Origin: Raillietiella orientalis
Taxonomy: Eukaryota
DNA: 64,000 nucleotides
NCBI GenBank assembly: GCA_036172245.1
Contig: JAYWIR010000038.1
Coordinates: forward strand, 62,001-126,000
Reading direction: 5' to 3'
A program made the translations under genes and the position numbers. The notes beneath the pieces are model-generated. The model did not search any database, was not told where the DNA came from, and saw only the letters and a list, made by a program, of their open reading frames with translations. Numbering within the stretch: position 1 is the first letter of the stretch; the number at the start of each line of letters is the position of its first letter. Of this stretch, positions 50,400-63,170 are shown one piece after another.

Positions 50400-52150
50400 G
50401 TAACTTCATCCTCTTTCCTTCCCCTTCGCTCCTCAGCTTGCAGCGTGGCTCTCCTGGAGAAGTGCAGGGTAATTCTCAACGGATGCTGGCAGCACTTGAT
50501 GGACTCTAGATAACTTTTCGATCTGCATGTGGCTGAAGTTCGCCGAGTTTGCCGTCATCAGATTTACATGCAGATTTGCCAACGTCCAAAGAGAGGTAGA
50601 GTCGGTTGCCTTGGCAAGCGCAGTCATTCCTAGAGATGACCAGAGCATGTTGTCCCACACGCACCCGCGGCCGTCCGGATTTCCTTGCGAGGGAGTGGGG
50701 CCGTCGAAACGCGTTCCTGAGAGCGACTGTCATGTTCTAGGAAATGACTCCATGTTCAGCAACCGACTCCTGACGAAACTCCCAGAGTGTTCTCAAAGAT
50801 TTTTGGTTCCTCCTTGCTCCCTGTTTCCCTCGTTCATCCTCAAAGTCTCAGCAACAGCGACCTGATTCCTCCGTGTTTCCTCCCCGAAATTTCCTCCTCC
50901 ATCTCAGCTCCTTGAAGCGACGAGCGAAACAGCAAGCACTTCATCCTCCCTTTTCATATGGAACTTCATACACTGAAAGCCGTCCGGACTGCCTAGGGAA
51001 ACTTGATCCTACTCTTCCTCTGGATAACATGGACGAACCATCAGTCCGCCGGCGAGATCGCATCCTTTCCAGGAAAACTGGAAAATTTTTAACATTCGGT
51101 GCGATGCTGTGAAAGTCCGGTGCAATTCCCGGAGGCAAAGTCGAGTTTTCCACGTCCCCTTTTTCCAGATGCAAGCGTTAAAATGGGTGTTCTACCGGAA
51201 CTGGACTCAAGAGAGCACTACGAGGCGCACAACTAACTCTTTGCACCTCTGCACAATGCGCTACAAGACAATGCCACACAAACCAAAGAGTAACCATCCT
51301 GCAATATACCCTGAGGAAAATTTTCCAGTCTCGCTTTCGCCTCCGAAGCACGCGATACCTTGAAACCGGGCATACGATTCGCCACATAAAACGCGCCCGG
51401 CAATCGGCATCATTCGGTCGAAAATACGGACAACGCCTAACCTTATGATAAAAAACACCCAAAAACTTGCGAACTGACAGACAGTCTCATGATGCACCAA
51501 TCGCACTCCCCGAGGACAAAACCTCACAACCTCCACACCAGGATGACCACCTTAGCTGTTTATGAACCTGATCGTGCGTCTAGAGGGACAGCTGAGGCGT
51601 CCGCCCATCTTTCAGCTGCGGGGTCTAAGTGCAGTCTCATTTCTAATTCTGCGATAATTAAAAGACATGCTGACGCCATGTGGATGAGCGGAAGACAAAT
51701 ACATCGGCACAGCTTCCCAAGAAAAATACCAAACTTTACTTGTTCGAACCGCTCCACGCGGTACTCAACCCTAAAAAGCGTATCCCTTTGCAAGCACAAA
51801 TTCGAACCTCTACGGTTACAGCAAACAAAGCGCTCTCCTGCTGATCCGATTTCACCAGAGCCTCGTGAAATCGCGATACTCCCATACCCGAATTTCCGAC
51901 CGTCCGCACAAGCGAGACAATGCCGAGACAACCATTGGAATGGGAAAGGAAAAAACGCTACCGCGGCCAACGGCTGCCAGGCCTCTTAGAACCACGATCT
52001 GGAGCAGACGGTGGCGTATTCTCTGATCAGACAGTGAGTCTTCACTATCGGGGCATTACAGCTTTCCTGTGGACCCGTGGGGTACCGAATCAAGAAGTGG
52101 GTATAGAAACACAGGCAAGGAACAGTTCTAGATGCTTCAAGGTCGCGCTT
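50400..52150 (-). mobile_element. Decayed CR1-like ORF2 (weak APE remnant, clearer RT remnant)
   Basis: FPRQSGRLSVYEVPYEKGG (P..W..A.V.P..K.G), TKIFENTL, and LSLDVGKSACKSDDGKLGELQPHADRKV (LDF.KAFDKVDH.KL..L..HGI.GK) at ~50500-51000. The APE-like part above 51300 is weak. Confidence 0.4.
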
Positions 52151-52399
52151 GGGTCCTTCACGGAATCAAGCGCGCGACCTAAAGCAAGCAAGCAAGCATT
52201 AGGGAAGCCCTCTCTCCCGTGAACCAGTGACCGATCCATATTTCAGACCCTTCAGCTAACCAAATACGCTGCAGCTGAGGGCTTCGTCACGGGCAGCGGC
52301 ACCAAATCCTACGCTGGAGGCCCAGTTGCATAAAGGGTTGTATTCGCCCCACACGCAAAATATCCGCCAAACATAACCAGACAGCAACACTCACAGCCA

Positions 52400-52900
52400 T
52401 GCAATGGCAGCATGTCATCCTTGACATAAGAAGCCTCCTGACGCATCTCAGAGACCTTTATCAGATACTCAAAAGGAAACAAAGGACCACAAAGGAAACA
52501 GCGGAAAGATCACCTTTGCAAAACACCTACGGACACGTCGGCAAGCAGCCTACCTCCGAGGCCGAAGAAAAACAGGAGGCCCACCAATACAACGAGGAAA
52601 AAATAGTGTATATACCTTGACAGACCAGACAACAAGGAAACCGCTAAATGCGGTTTCACCGGGAGCACTAAGGATGAAACCCCCTTTGCTCTCGAATACA
52701 ACGAGTATACCAAGTTCTTTGATGTACTCCATGTTGTATGTCTCGCGAACTGGGAATCCGACTATACGAAATCGGGCAGGGGATACAGACAAACGCGGGC
52801 TTTTCACACCCCCGTTTGCCAGGGAGGAAGAGGGATCGCTGTCGTCAAGATGCAGCGAGTCTGAGTATAGGAAAGTCGCACCGCACGCTGCTTCCTGGAA
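52400..52900 (-). mobile_element. Decayed CR1-like RT C-terminal fragment
   Basis: PWQTGV, EYIKELGILV (KDLGV motif), KVYTLFFP and RRVRRCFAKVI (ERVQRR.TK.I), in the correct order. Confidence 0.5.
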
Positions 52901-53199
52901 GCAACGTGTAGCAAGCGCCCGATCAGTGGTACGTCATTCGTACACGAATTGATGATGCGGTTGACTGGCGGTCCCACTACGTTCGAACAACGCGGAACCT
53001 GCCGAGATGGCTGTACGCAGACCGGCCGGGCCCGCTTGGGCAACGAAAGGAGGGGATGAACAAAAAGAAAATAAAAAGAAATTAAAAGGACACATGAGTT
53101 CATTGGGAGGGATCACAGTTCGCTGTTCGGCATCCTCTGTACCCTCCCCAGGTTACGCAGCAAGTTCCATCCGTATGCGACCCGTATGGAAATGCTCAT

Positions 53200-53450
53200 A
53201 AAGAGTTTCGTCCAGTGGATGGCACCCGTCCTACTGGCCTCTTCTCGCGGCGCTCCAGAAGTATATTATCCCACATAGACAGAAAACCACTGTTAAACAC
53301 GCGGCTGGCAAAAGTGCATCTTTCACGAAGAGGAGCTTGAGGGTGTCCCCGGGGTTGTCCTAGGAGATATGGAGGACTGTCGCGAAACGGTCCCAAAGGT
53401 GCCAGAAGACAACACAGTCCACAAGCAGGTGCGAGAGGGTTTAGCTGCAG
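53200..53450 (-). mobile_element. Decayed CR1-like 3' end
   Basis: PRGHPQAPLRERCTFASRVFNSGFLSMWDNIL resembles 'TRGH..KL...RC....R..FF..R....WN.L'. Confidence 0.4.
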
Positions 53451-53849
53451 ATCTTCTGGAGAGGAACTGATGCAATTTGAATGCAGCACAACCAGAAAAG
53501 AACATACAGCATTGATTTCGAAAAAGATCCAGCATGTTAGGAATGCGTGAAGCTTCATTAGGAACATTTATGCAACGGGAAAATAAGTAATGGATACAAT
53601 GGGGCTATAAGAGTTTCTGTGGCTGAACCAGAGGGATTGATGCAGCAATACTTTACAGCTTTGAAATATTGGAGTCCTTAGAGAAGTAAATTTCAATGAA
53701 ACAAAATGTCTCAAGTGCAATAGGAATTTTCCAAAATTCATTAAATCATTTGCAAAAGAAATTATATCGCTTTGCATTTTATTTATGAATTGTTTTTAAT
53801 ATGGCATTGCTTTTTAGAATATAGCTATGAAAAATCTATGCTTACTTCT

Positions 53850-54450
53850 GTAATTTCTATTTGTCTGAATGTACAGAGGGATCCTGAAATCCTGAAATGT
53901 CTAGGTTCAAAACTGATTACACAACAGTAGAATAATCAGGAGACGCAAGAGGGACATCCATTATAATAGAAATATAATACAAAGATATCAGTTAAGCTTT
54001 TGTTCTTAGATTAATTCAAGGATGCTAGTTGGTAAACGATAATTCAGTTCTTGTAAAGAACAGTGCACAATGGCTATTCTCAAAGATTTTCACTTTCCAA
54101 GTGAGTCTAGGAGCGTTTGGAAATTTTCAACTCTACTTTGAAGAGTTATAAAAACACTCAGTAAGGAACGACTACGTGTTGATAAATGTCCACAGACTCT
54201 ATCCCTTAAACCAAAAGAATTCGACGACTATTCTGGCTTCTTCCTTACTTAAATCATTGAATAAAAGTATCAATAAACAGCTTAAACAGTTTTACATCGT
54301 GAAAAATATAACTGTAATGATGCAATTTTTTCAAATATTAGACACGATGCTCAAAAACATTACTCTACAGATCACAACCACACACTTGTGGAGTATGAAC
54401 TATATGATTGTTAACATGCGTAAAACACGCAATTTTTCCTTTTGAAATTT
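53850..54450 (+). mobile_element. Possible decayed LINE AP-endonuclease fragment (AT-shifted)
   Basis: AILKDFHFP (GDFNFP-like, ~54075) and STDHNHTLV (SDH-like, ~54370). Confidence 0.3.
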
Positions 54451-55228
54451 TAAATAGGAAATAAATGGTATGTTGTACATGAAATGTATCATTAAGAAGT
54501 ATCATAACTGTCGATAAACTAGGCTAAAAGATTACGATTTCATGCGCCAACCGAGTGCTATAATCTAACAGCTTTGGAACCGAGAATCAGTATTCTGTCT
54601 TGAGACATCGAGAAAAGCGCTTAAATTTTCAGCAACAAATCAATCGTTTCCACAACAAGTAGGCTAATGTCATAGTTAATACGTTCGAACGTAATGAGTA
54701 TTGCTAATGCAGTTTGAGAAGCAAAATTAGTCATTGAAATTTGGTATCCCTGATTGTCATTTTATATGACCTTTAGCAACTGGAGTATGCCAAGTTTCCT
54801 AATAATGCCTGGTCAGGTAATCACAAGGCTGCTTTGCTTATAAAGTGATCTTGTAAATATTAATAATCTTGGTTTAAAACTATTGCAGTTCCTGAGTAGT
54901 CCGAAATCAATAAACACTAATATAATGGGCATTGCAATGAATTATGAATTTTCTCCTAAGGTGTTACATTTACTAACTTTTTTCGTACTTAATTTAATTA
55001 GTGATCCTTTTGGTTTCTAAGTAATCTTCAGAAATTAGTATGTTTGTGAACATCACTGTGGCAGTGGAGCGTGTGTGGAACCCCTTAAATATGTTCCATT
55101 GTAATGCCACTCGTTGAAAAATTGAAAGTGAACTGATTCGTGGAAAATGATCTTTTTAATTGAATAGGTGAATCTTCTAATGTATTTCATGCAAATCTGG
55201 GAAAAATTGAAATAAAAATTTGAAATTC

Positions 55229-56041
55229 ATGCCAGTGAGAGTTGAAATTATACCTCCCCCTCCAGCCAATTCTCATCAGCCAGGTATTACACAATCACTT
55301 ATATATAATGGATCCAAGTTTAAAGGTCACCAGAAATCAAAGGGAAATTGCTATGATGTAGAAGTGCTGCTTCAGGTATTGTTATCTTTCTTTTTACGTA
55401 TAATTTTAAAATTACTGTATATACACAAGCATGTTGATGAAGATAATTCCTATCTTTGTGGTTACCTAAGAATAAAAGGTCTAACAGAAGAGTATCCAAC
55501 TCTGACCACCTTTTTTGATGGTGAAATCATAAGCTGCCGTCATCCATTCCTTACTAGAAAGTGGGATGCAGATGAAGATGTGGACAGAAAACATTGGGTA
55601 AATGAAAATAAATGAAACTAGTTTCAAATTATTTAAAAATAATGCTGTCCTAAATAACATTTTCAAATTTGTGATTGTTGAAAATATTTATTTCCAGAGC
55701 AAGTTTCTTTCATTTTATCAGTATGCAAAAACCTTCAATTCAGACACTTTTGACTATGAAGAATTAAAAAAAACTGATTTTATATTCATGAGATGGAAAG
55801 AGCACTTTCTTGTGCCTGACCATACCATTAAAGACATAAATGGAGCATCATTTGCAGGCTTTTATTACATTTGTTTTCAAAAATCAACAGCCAACATCGA
55901 AGGTTATTACTACCATCGAAGTTCTGAATGGTAACTCCATTCAAGATGCATTTTGTTGTTAATGGTTCCATTTTTAGGTATCAGTCGTTGAATTTAACAC
56001 ATGTTCCAGAAAAAAGCATACAAATCTATGAATTTCGATAA
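55229..56041 (+). CDS. GID4: GID/CTLH complex substrate receptor GID4 (Vid24 family), 203 aa
   Basis: Exons 55229-55375, 55430-55597, 55698-55930, 55978-56041. Motifs: [85 protein letters not shown]. Confidence 0.98.
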
Positions 56042-57307
56042 TGTGAGGGAGGAGCTGCCAAAGAAATTTTCTGTTGCTAAATACATCAACTAAGAAAATA
56101 ACAAAAGATAATGGGAACATTTGTGTTCAATTGTTTGAATATTTTTCTGCTAAAACTGGTACTTTCTAGAAGATAATCACTAGTAAATGAAAAACTATGA
56201 AGCTTTTAGGATTTTTTTAGCTGCAGTTTTATGTTGAAACAAGGTGTGCATAGAAAATTCCTAAATTCTTCTTAGATGCTAACTGCCACTTTCTCTCTCC
56301 TTTTTGATTCAGAAACACCTAAAATAAATTTTTTTCAAAAAAACGTCAAAAGTGAGTTTCCGGATTTTGTGTGTTTGTTCAATATTGCTATTTGAAAGTG
56401 AAATGTGATTGATTTCCTTTTAAGTGCACTAATACCTAGATTCATCAAGCAAACTTATAAGCAGGCATATGTAAGTAATCACTGGCATTATTGTATATCA
56501 TCGTCACTTTTCATTAGGATTATTGTACTATTCTTTTCACAATGAAAAGCGAAGTATTCACAAGCTGAAATGATATGAGGTCCTATTTTGAATTTCAAAT
56601 ACATGCATCTGTTCCTTATCACTAATTTCTGTAACTCCCTCAATGTACAAATATTTTGAGATTTTTGTTCAGTGAAGGTGTTCACATACTTGACACCAAT
56701 GTCTAATGCAAGCTCCAACCAAAGGATACACTTGACTTAAAGAAACTTTAAAAGTGCAAAGTTGCTTGAATTCAGAGAGCCAGAAACCAAAAAATAACGG
56801 CAGAATTCAAATATGGTGCAAATATAGTAAACACAGATGAATTCAAATTTTTTTTTCTCCTTTGCAGCCAATTCCAAAGCAATCCAATTTGCATTTAACA
56901 ATTAACTTTAGTTAATCTGCACATAATGCTTTGAAGTACACTTTTTTTCTAATTTCCCTTTATAAAATGCAACAAACAGCATACAACTGCAATACCTCTG
57001 TTACAACACTAGAGAATTTCCTAGACATTCTTTTAAATACTTTTTTGCGAAAAAAAGTAAAGAGCAGGAATTATAGATTTTTGAGTGAACACATAAAATT
57101 ACTTCCAGTTATATATCAGCTTGAACATCTACATTGAATCTCAATCTCATTTCAATATAGACTGGTTCTGATTCCTACAATTCTCATTAGATACAAAAAG
57201 AGTAATGTAACATGATTTCATGAATTACATTGGGTCCTAATTCAATAAAAGATAATGAAATACTTTAGCATTAATACTATCAAGCATGATTTAAAAGGAC
57301 TAGAAAA

Positions 57308-58460
57308 CTAACCTGTTGGGGCATTGATCACATCCTTGCTTATTTCAGGAATTTCTGAATCTGGTACTTTCGGTAGTTCATCAATCAAAATGGCACTCAA
57401 TTCCTCTTCGATGCAATCCTCTTCATGACTAGTAAATTGTCCAATCAATAAGCTATTTATTTCCTGAAACAGAATGAAGAATGCTGTGTAAACAACTTTT
57501 CACACAAATGTTAGATACTACTGGACAATGCTACACTACAGGCTACTTTGGTCTTATTAATGCATTTGCATTCATATAGAATTTAACAATTTAAACTGAA
57601 AACTTAATAAAATGGAAACCGGATTGGCTTACTTCTTGCTTTTCAATTCCTTCCTTGGTTTCCTCTAACAATTCTTCCACTTTTTCAAGTGATAAAAGTT
57701 GATTCAATTCTTTCAGAGCATCATTACCAACCTTCAAGCCAGCCACAACCTACAATGCACAATTACACAAACTCTTATTACATAAGGCAAATAAACCCTG
57801 CAATATGATTTCAATTATGTGTTTCTGAGCAAACCATCAGTATGCATTCTTTTTCTTCATGAATCCATCAAAATTTACACATCATGTACTTGAAGTTTGA
57901 ATGCAATACATTAAATACACAACTCTTGCATCAAAATGCTTTGCTCAAAATAGAATACTTTTCAATAGAAATTTAACGTTCGTGGATCAGCTCCATTATA
58001 ACCTTTCACACAACTGATCTACCAGCTTACTTTCTGTTCAATCCTTGCAAATTCTATATCATGAACAAGATTCTCGAGATTTTCTAGCTGACTGTCACAT
58101 CTCTTCTGTAGTTTTTCAATATAATGCTTCTTTTTCAGTAGTAATCTTGCCTTTCTGCAAAGTAGTGATAAAGTAGTCTCAATAAAAAATTTCCCAACAC
58201 TTTACTCTTTGGCACCATTCTTTAGAAGTTGTTTTGCTAATGCTTGATCCTTTTCCAAACTGACATCCAACTTTTTCTGATAGACTTCTAGTCTATCCCT
58301 CTGCTGTTTAAGTTGCTGAAATACATTAACTTGTAATTCTAAAGCAATTTCAATTCCAACTGGAACCAGTCACATGTTTCTTGTTAATCATTACCAATAC
58401 TGCTCTATCCTGAGAAGTAATTTGGGACTTCTTTTTGGGTTTTCCCCAAAATATTCCCAT
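57308..58460 (-). CDS. CHMP6: ESCRT-III subunit CHMP6 / Vps20
   Basis: Exons 58460-58395, 58315-58206, 58154-58031, 57749-57633, 57463-57308 (not in the ORF track). Translation: MGIFWGK..SQITSQDRAVLQLKQQRDRL..YQKK, KARLLLKKK, QLENLENLVHDIEFA.IEQKVV.GLKVGNDALK, then MIM2-like ELPKVPDSEIP. The C-terminal exon is uncertain. Confidence 0.95.
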
Positions 58461-59199
58461 TAACCACACTTAAAGAGTATTTACAGCCCAGTTACACAGA
58501 ATGCACTTAATTCTGTTCATATATTAAATGATGCAATTCACGGATATACGTGAATACTGGGTCGCTTGTGAAATAAAGGCCTCTATAGCAGTCAGCTTCA
58601 GGCAAGCCATCAAACTCGGGATTCTGATCGTTGAGCAATCCTCTTTTCAATCTTTGCTTCTATCTTTTAAATGATTTCCGGTTTATAAAAATGCTTATAA
58701 AATAAACATCAATCATGACTGCAATTTTGGCGACCACTTCAAATAATCCAACAAAATTCAAATAATAAGGTCAGTTAAAATTAATTCAAATGCACACTGC
58801 TTACATTGTTTTGTTTTTTAATCTATAAACATGGCCATGTATGCTGGTGACCAAATACAACAAGATAAATCAATTCCACTTGCATCATGAAAAATTTACT
58901 GAACAAAACCGTTTCCTTAATGTTAGTGATAAACATTACGACACGCAACAATGAACACCAAGTTAAAAATCTTTAGTGTTCACTGAACAGCTGAAGCTTC
59001 AAAAACACGATGCAGCACGAAACCCTTTGACGTGCTTTACAAACGAATTCCATATACACAAACAAGAGCAACGTACACGTGTATTCTACCAAAAAATGGC
59101 CTTATCTGCGTAGTTTATCAAACATAACAAAACATAGATGTTACTTATTCTTCAGTACTTTAAAAACGACAGACGTACAACTTGCAGTTGTATATCGAC

Positions 59200-60230
59200 C
59201 CTTTATCTCACATTATCAACATTTCCTTCAGGTAAACACACATAACTGATGCCTTTTATCCACAATTCTTTAGAATGTTTACATTATCAATGCCTTGAAA
59301 TCTCAGATCGGCACTATAGATAACTTCCCTTCGTTACCTGCAAATATCTCCACTGATATCGAAAGCTAAAGCAGAAAAGTTTTATTAGAAGCTTTTTTTC
59401 TTTCTTTCTTTCTTTCGTGAACAGGCACGGTCCTGCATGTGCTCGTTCTTTCTACATTTCTACATTGCTTTGCGGTGAAAGTAAGATGAAACAGGTTAAG
59501 TGAGCTCGTCGAAATGTATTTTACGTTTATTTCATACGGTGAATTGAAAGTTAGAGCTAAAATCAAATTTCTCACAACAGGCATTCGCAAATTCCGGCAG
59601 CAAACCAGAATTTGATGGGTGGCTACTTAAGCACTGGAAGTGATAGTCCCGCATTATTTATCCATGCACTTCAAGGAAAATTGCAAATATTTATGAGAAA
59701 CATTACTTGAATGAATAGAAACCTCAATACTTTCTTCTTGCTAAGCTATCGTGCTTTTCGACTTATTCGACAAGCTGCAGGAAAAGCCTATCTTCGTCAT
59801 TCGCTAAATCTCTGGATGTAATCTTAAGTACTTGGTATTCCTGCTTCCCCTTCTAATAGGCTTTCACTTAGTAGCAGCACAAATTTAAATTCCGGCTCTT
59901 TTAAAATGTCATTTACCTTTGAGTGTGTTTTCGAACCGCATACAAGTGAAAGTCAGCACATTATGATTACATGGCTAAAAAAATTCGATACTTTGCTGCA
60001 TCATCTTTTTTAAATGACTCGGAGAAATTTCACTGTTCGAAAACCGGATAAGTTCCTTTATTCGAATGAAGAGAGTGCTTCATGGTTTTTCGATATCTTT
60101 TGCGGCAGCTATTCCCCATGCATACGTCGTGGTTATGCTGTCATAAAGTGAATGTACGAATTCCTCTGAAGCGCTATGCCTCCGACCACTCTCTTGCTAT
60201 CCTTGCAATCCCTTCCATCAGTGGACAGAA
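59200..60230 (-). mobile_element. Possible decayed LINE ORF2 (AT-shifted APE and RT remnants)
   Basis: RDCKDSKRVVGGIAL (R.DR...GGGVAL), PCNHNVLTF (SDHNVL.F), and gatttcaaggcattgataatgta (DF.KAFD.V with indels, ~59280-59305). Confidence 0.3.
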
Positions 60231-61699
60231 TCATCAACTGTTGGGAAAATGATCGACGTCATTTAGGAAATCAGTAATTCGAAAAAGGGCCAAAATGCGT
60301 GAGCGCCAGCCGTAAGCACACCCAAAACAGCATAAGCAGTTTATGTGAACACATGAAAGCACCGTCTAATCAGGACTACTGCCCGGGCACAAAGCATGAA
60401 TTCTATGAGGAATTCTGCTCCCCGAAGTTAGAAACCAATCAGTGGCAGGAAAGAAAAGACAGAGGAAGAACTGATCAAAAAACATACAACAGGGGAAGTT
60501 ATCAGAGAATGCTGAAAGCAAATTCTGCTTATATGTGTAAGAGGAATGATCTGCTCGAAAAAACAGTGAAATAAAGGAAAATATGAAATCACGGGAACAG
60601 CCACTGTGCCAAAGTCAATCTCGAGGAACACAAAGCAAATAATCGTATTGATTTATCTGATCGAATCTCCGGCGAGAAGCAAAGAGGAAAACTTCCTGAG
60701 AAACGTGAACTAATAAGTCCAAAATTATCCAGGCTGAAATCAAGAATCAGTTCATTTCTTGAACTATGATAAGAAAACGTGTAGATAGAAAGAAGGGAAA
60801 AAAACAAATCTGCAGCAGTAACTAAAGAAATAAAAATGTGACATACATTTAAATAAAACTGAGTTTCAATTAAAATCACCCTCTTCACTTTTAAGTGTTC
60901 CTTTCTTAATAATCTCCTGAATCGTTATAAGCCTATACGATAAATACACGGAATGTTCTCCACGATTAGAGAAAAAAACGGTCAATTGCATCAGTATCTC
61001 TATCATTGGAAAAAAAAAAATTTGTGATGAAAGAGGGGGAGCAAAGACTAGCATAGCGTGAATCAAATTAAGTATTGGTAAAGGGAAATTGGTTTGGTAG
61101 AGAGTGCTTTTGAATATAATTTTAAAGTACTGAATAATTATGTGTAAAATTACAAAAACACTTGATTGAATTTGACTGCAAAATAGATATCAATATACAG
61201 TGTATTATGCAAACATATTTAATTATTTAATCAAACCATCATTATTTTGATCAGATTCATTTCGCACTTGGTACCTTGCGTAATATGATTAAGAACAATC
61301 CAGATATGTTTTGTTTTATGAACGTCGTAAATGTAGAGAATATTTTTAAAAAATGGAATTTTTTTTTAATGAAATGTCATTACAAAGGGGGTGTAAAAAG
61401 TATGCAACTTGTCTGCTATACTACAAAAGATGAGGATATAAAATGAGTTAGAGAACTAGCGAATTGAAGAAAATTTTTCAGCCTAATTTCCTTGGAATAA
61501 AATCCAAAATAGTCATCAGATGGCATACAGGCTTACGAGGTTTTTTGAATTACCGATGCCAAGATGGGGGAAAATGAAGAAAATGGGTTGGGAAGTAAAA
61601 ATTGCTGATGAGTGAATAACCTCGTCCGGGATGGACAAAGCAGGAGAAGAAAAATTCGAGTTTCATTGATCGGAAATTCTGTGATATGTGGATTGCTGG

Positions 61700-62240
61700 A
61701 AGACGCTCGGCATTTTGCGACGTTGAGGATCGGGCCGGGGCGTGCCCCATCACCCACTGGGAAGCTGGAAGCAGCTTCCCGTGCGACGGGAATTTCCAAG
61801 ATGCCCTTTCCGTGGAAAATTCCTGTCGTGCTGCTGCTGCTCTGCGAGGTGCTTTTCGATGGAGATTCCGTGGACGCTGTGGGGAAAAATCGCCATTTTG
61901 TGGCAACATCAAGGACGCAAAAATAAATGGCCTTTCCCACCTCGTGGTGCACACATCACGCGTCCCAAGCTGGGGCGAAATGGACAGCGACCGGAAGGGG
62001 GGGGGGAGGGGAGAGGGATTTTTCCAGGTTCATTCCTGCTCTGGATCGGAAGGGGGCAAACACGGAAGATGAATACGTAAGACTTGGATCTTTCCATCAC
62101 GTACGTTCCACCGCTGGCGGGATTTCCGGTAAAGAGGACTGCGGCGGTTCCCCACGGGAATCCACCGAAGGGCGACGGTGCACTTTTTTCCCCAACACGA
62201 GTGTGAAGCTAACACGTTGAAGACACGGTTGTTGTCCTGC
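61700..62240 (-). mobile_element. Decayed CR1-like RT fragment
   Basis: RVFNVL ... SPLYRKSRQR, EVGKAIYFCVLDVATK and FPVGDGARPGPIL (V..GVPQGSIL), in RT order. Confidence 0.4.
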
Positions 62241-62912
62241 ACGGGTGAAACACCTTGAGGTGGCTTTTCGTGCTGCTGGTCTTTAATTTAACCTACCTCT
62301 AGCTGTTCACTAATTTTCAAAGCCCGTCTTTCCGAATCGACAGAAGAACAAGAAAAAGCAAAAAAAAAAAAAAGGAGAAGAAGAAGAAAACGGCTCGTCA
62401 CGGCTTACCCTTTTGAATTTCCAGGCAGCACGGTGGCTTTCGCCACTTCCGTATAAAGTTTCATTCCACACACATGGAAACGGTCGTCATGTGTTCCTTT
62501 CCCCTTGGCGCGATTCCTCGCATTCACTGCAGGGAGGGATTTCGTGGACTCTCCGGGAGGACCGGCAGCAAACGTTTCAATTCCGTTTCATTTTGCAGGG
62601 ATGGACGGCGGTTCGCACCGATGGGGGGGGGAAAAAAATGGGGAATCGTTGAAAACACCGACCCATGATCTCCACGTTGGTTGCCATAAAACCGAACTTC
62701 AGCAAAAGCTCCGTGGGGGGAGGCGATCGTTGGGGCAACTGGGAAAAAGCTCATTTTGCGTTCCCCACTGAATTGTGCTTTTCATTCGAAATTAGTGGAG
62801 GCAAGTCGGTTGATGCTCCCTGGATATGAAGTCTAAATAGAATTCCTGTTTGGAAACTCCAGGCGTCGAATTGCTGATCTGAACGACTGAAAAGTGTATT
62901 ATCACCGTTATT

Positions 62913-63170
62913 ATGTTTGGGATACTCGTCTCGGGTAGACTGGTAGGTATATTATATTGGAATTTTCTTTAAACAATTAGTAATTATTTTTCATTTTCAT
63001 GTTGATGTATTTGTCTCTCTCATCCAAAAATGTATTTAAGGTACAGACAAATCTAGAAAGAATTGATGATACACATTGTGTATTTAATATCCTAGATGCT
63101 GATAATATCAACCACATAGGTGTTTTTATGACAGGAGTTGAACCCTTTCCAGCTGGTATGGCTGGTGCAG
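62913..63170 (+). CDS. HIKESHI: Hikeshi / OPI10 (Hsp70 nuclear import carrier), first two exons; continues off the right edge
   Basis: Exon 62913-62942 MFGILVSGRL and exon 63041-63170 VQTNLERIDDTHCVFNILDADNINHIGVFMTGVEPFPAGMAGA, joined by a GT-AG intron. This matches the family N-terminus MFG.LV.GRLVQT...INH..VF..G..PFP.GM.G. Confidence 0.93.

Noticed and set aside
61600..61660. ctgatgag motif as a hammerhead ribozyme core
   Set aside because: No GAAA follows a closable stem II and stems I/III are absent.
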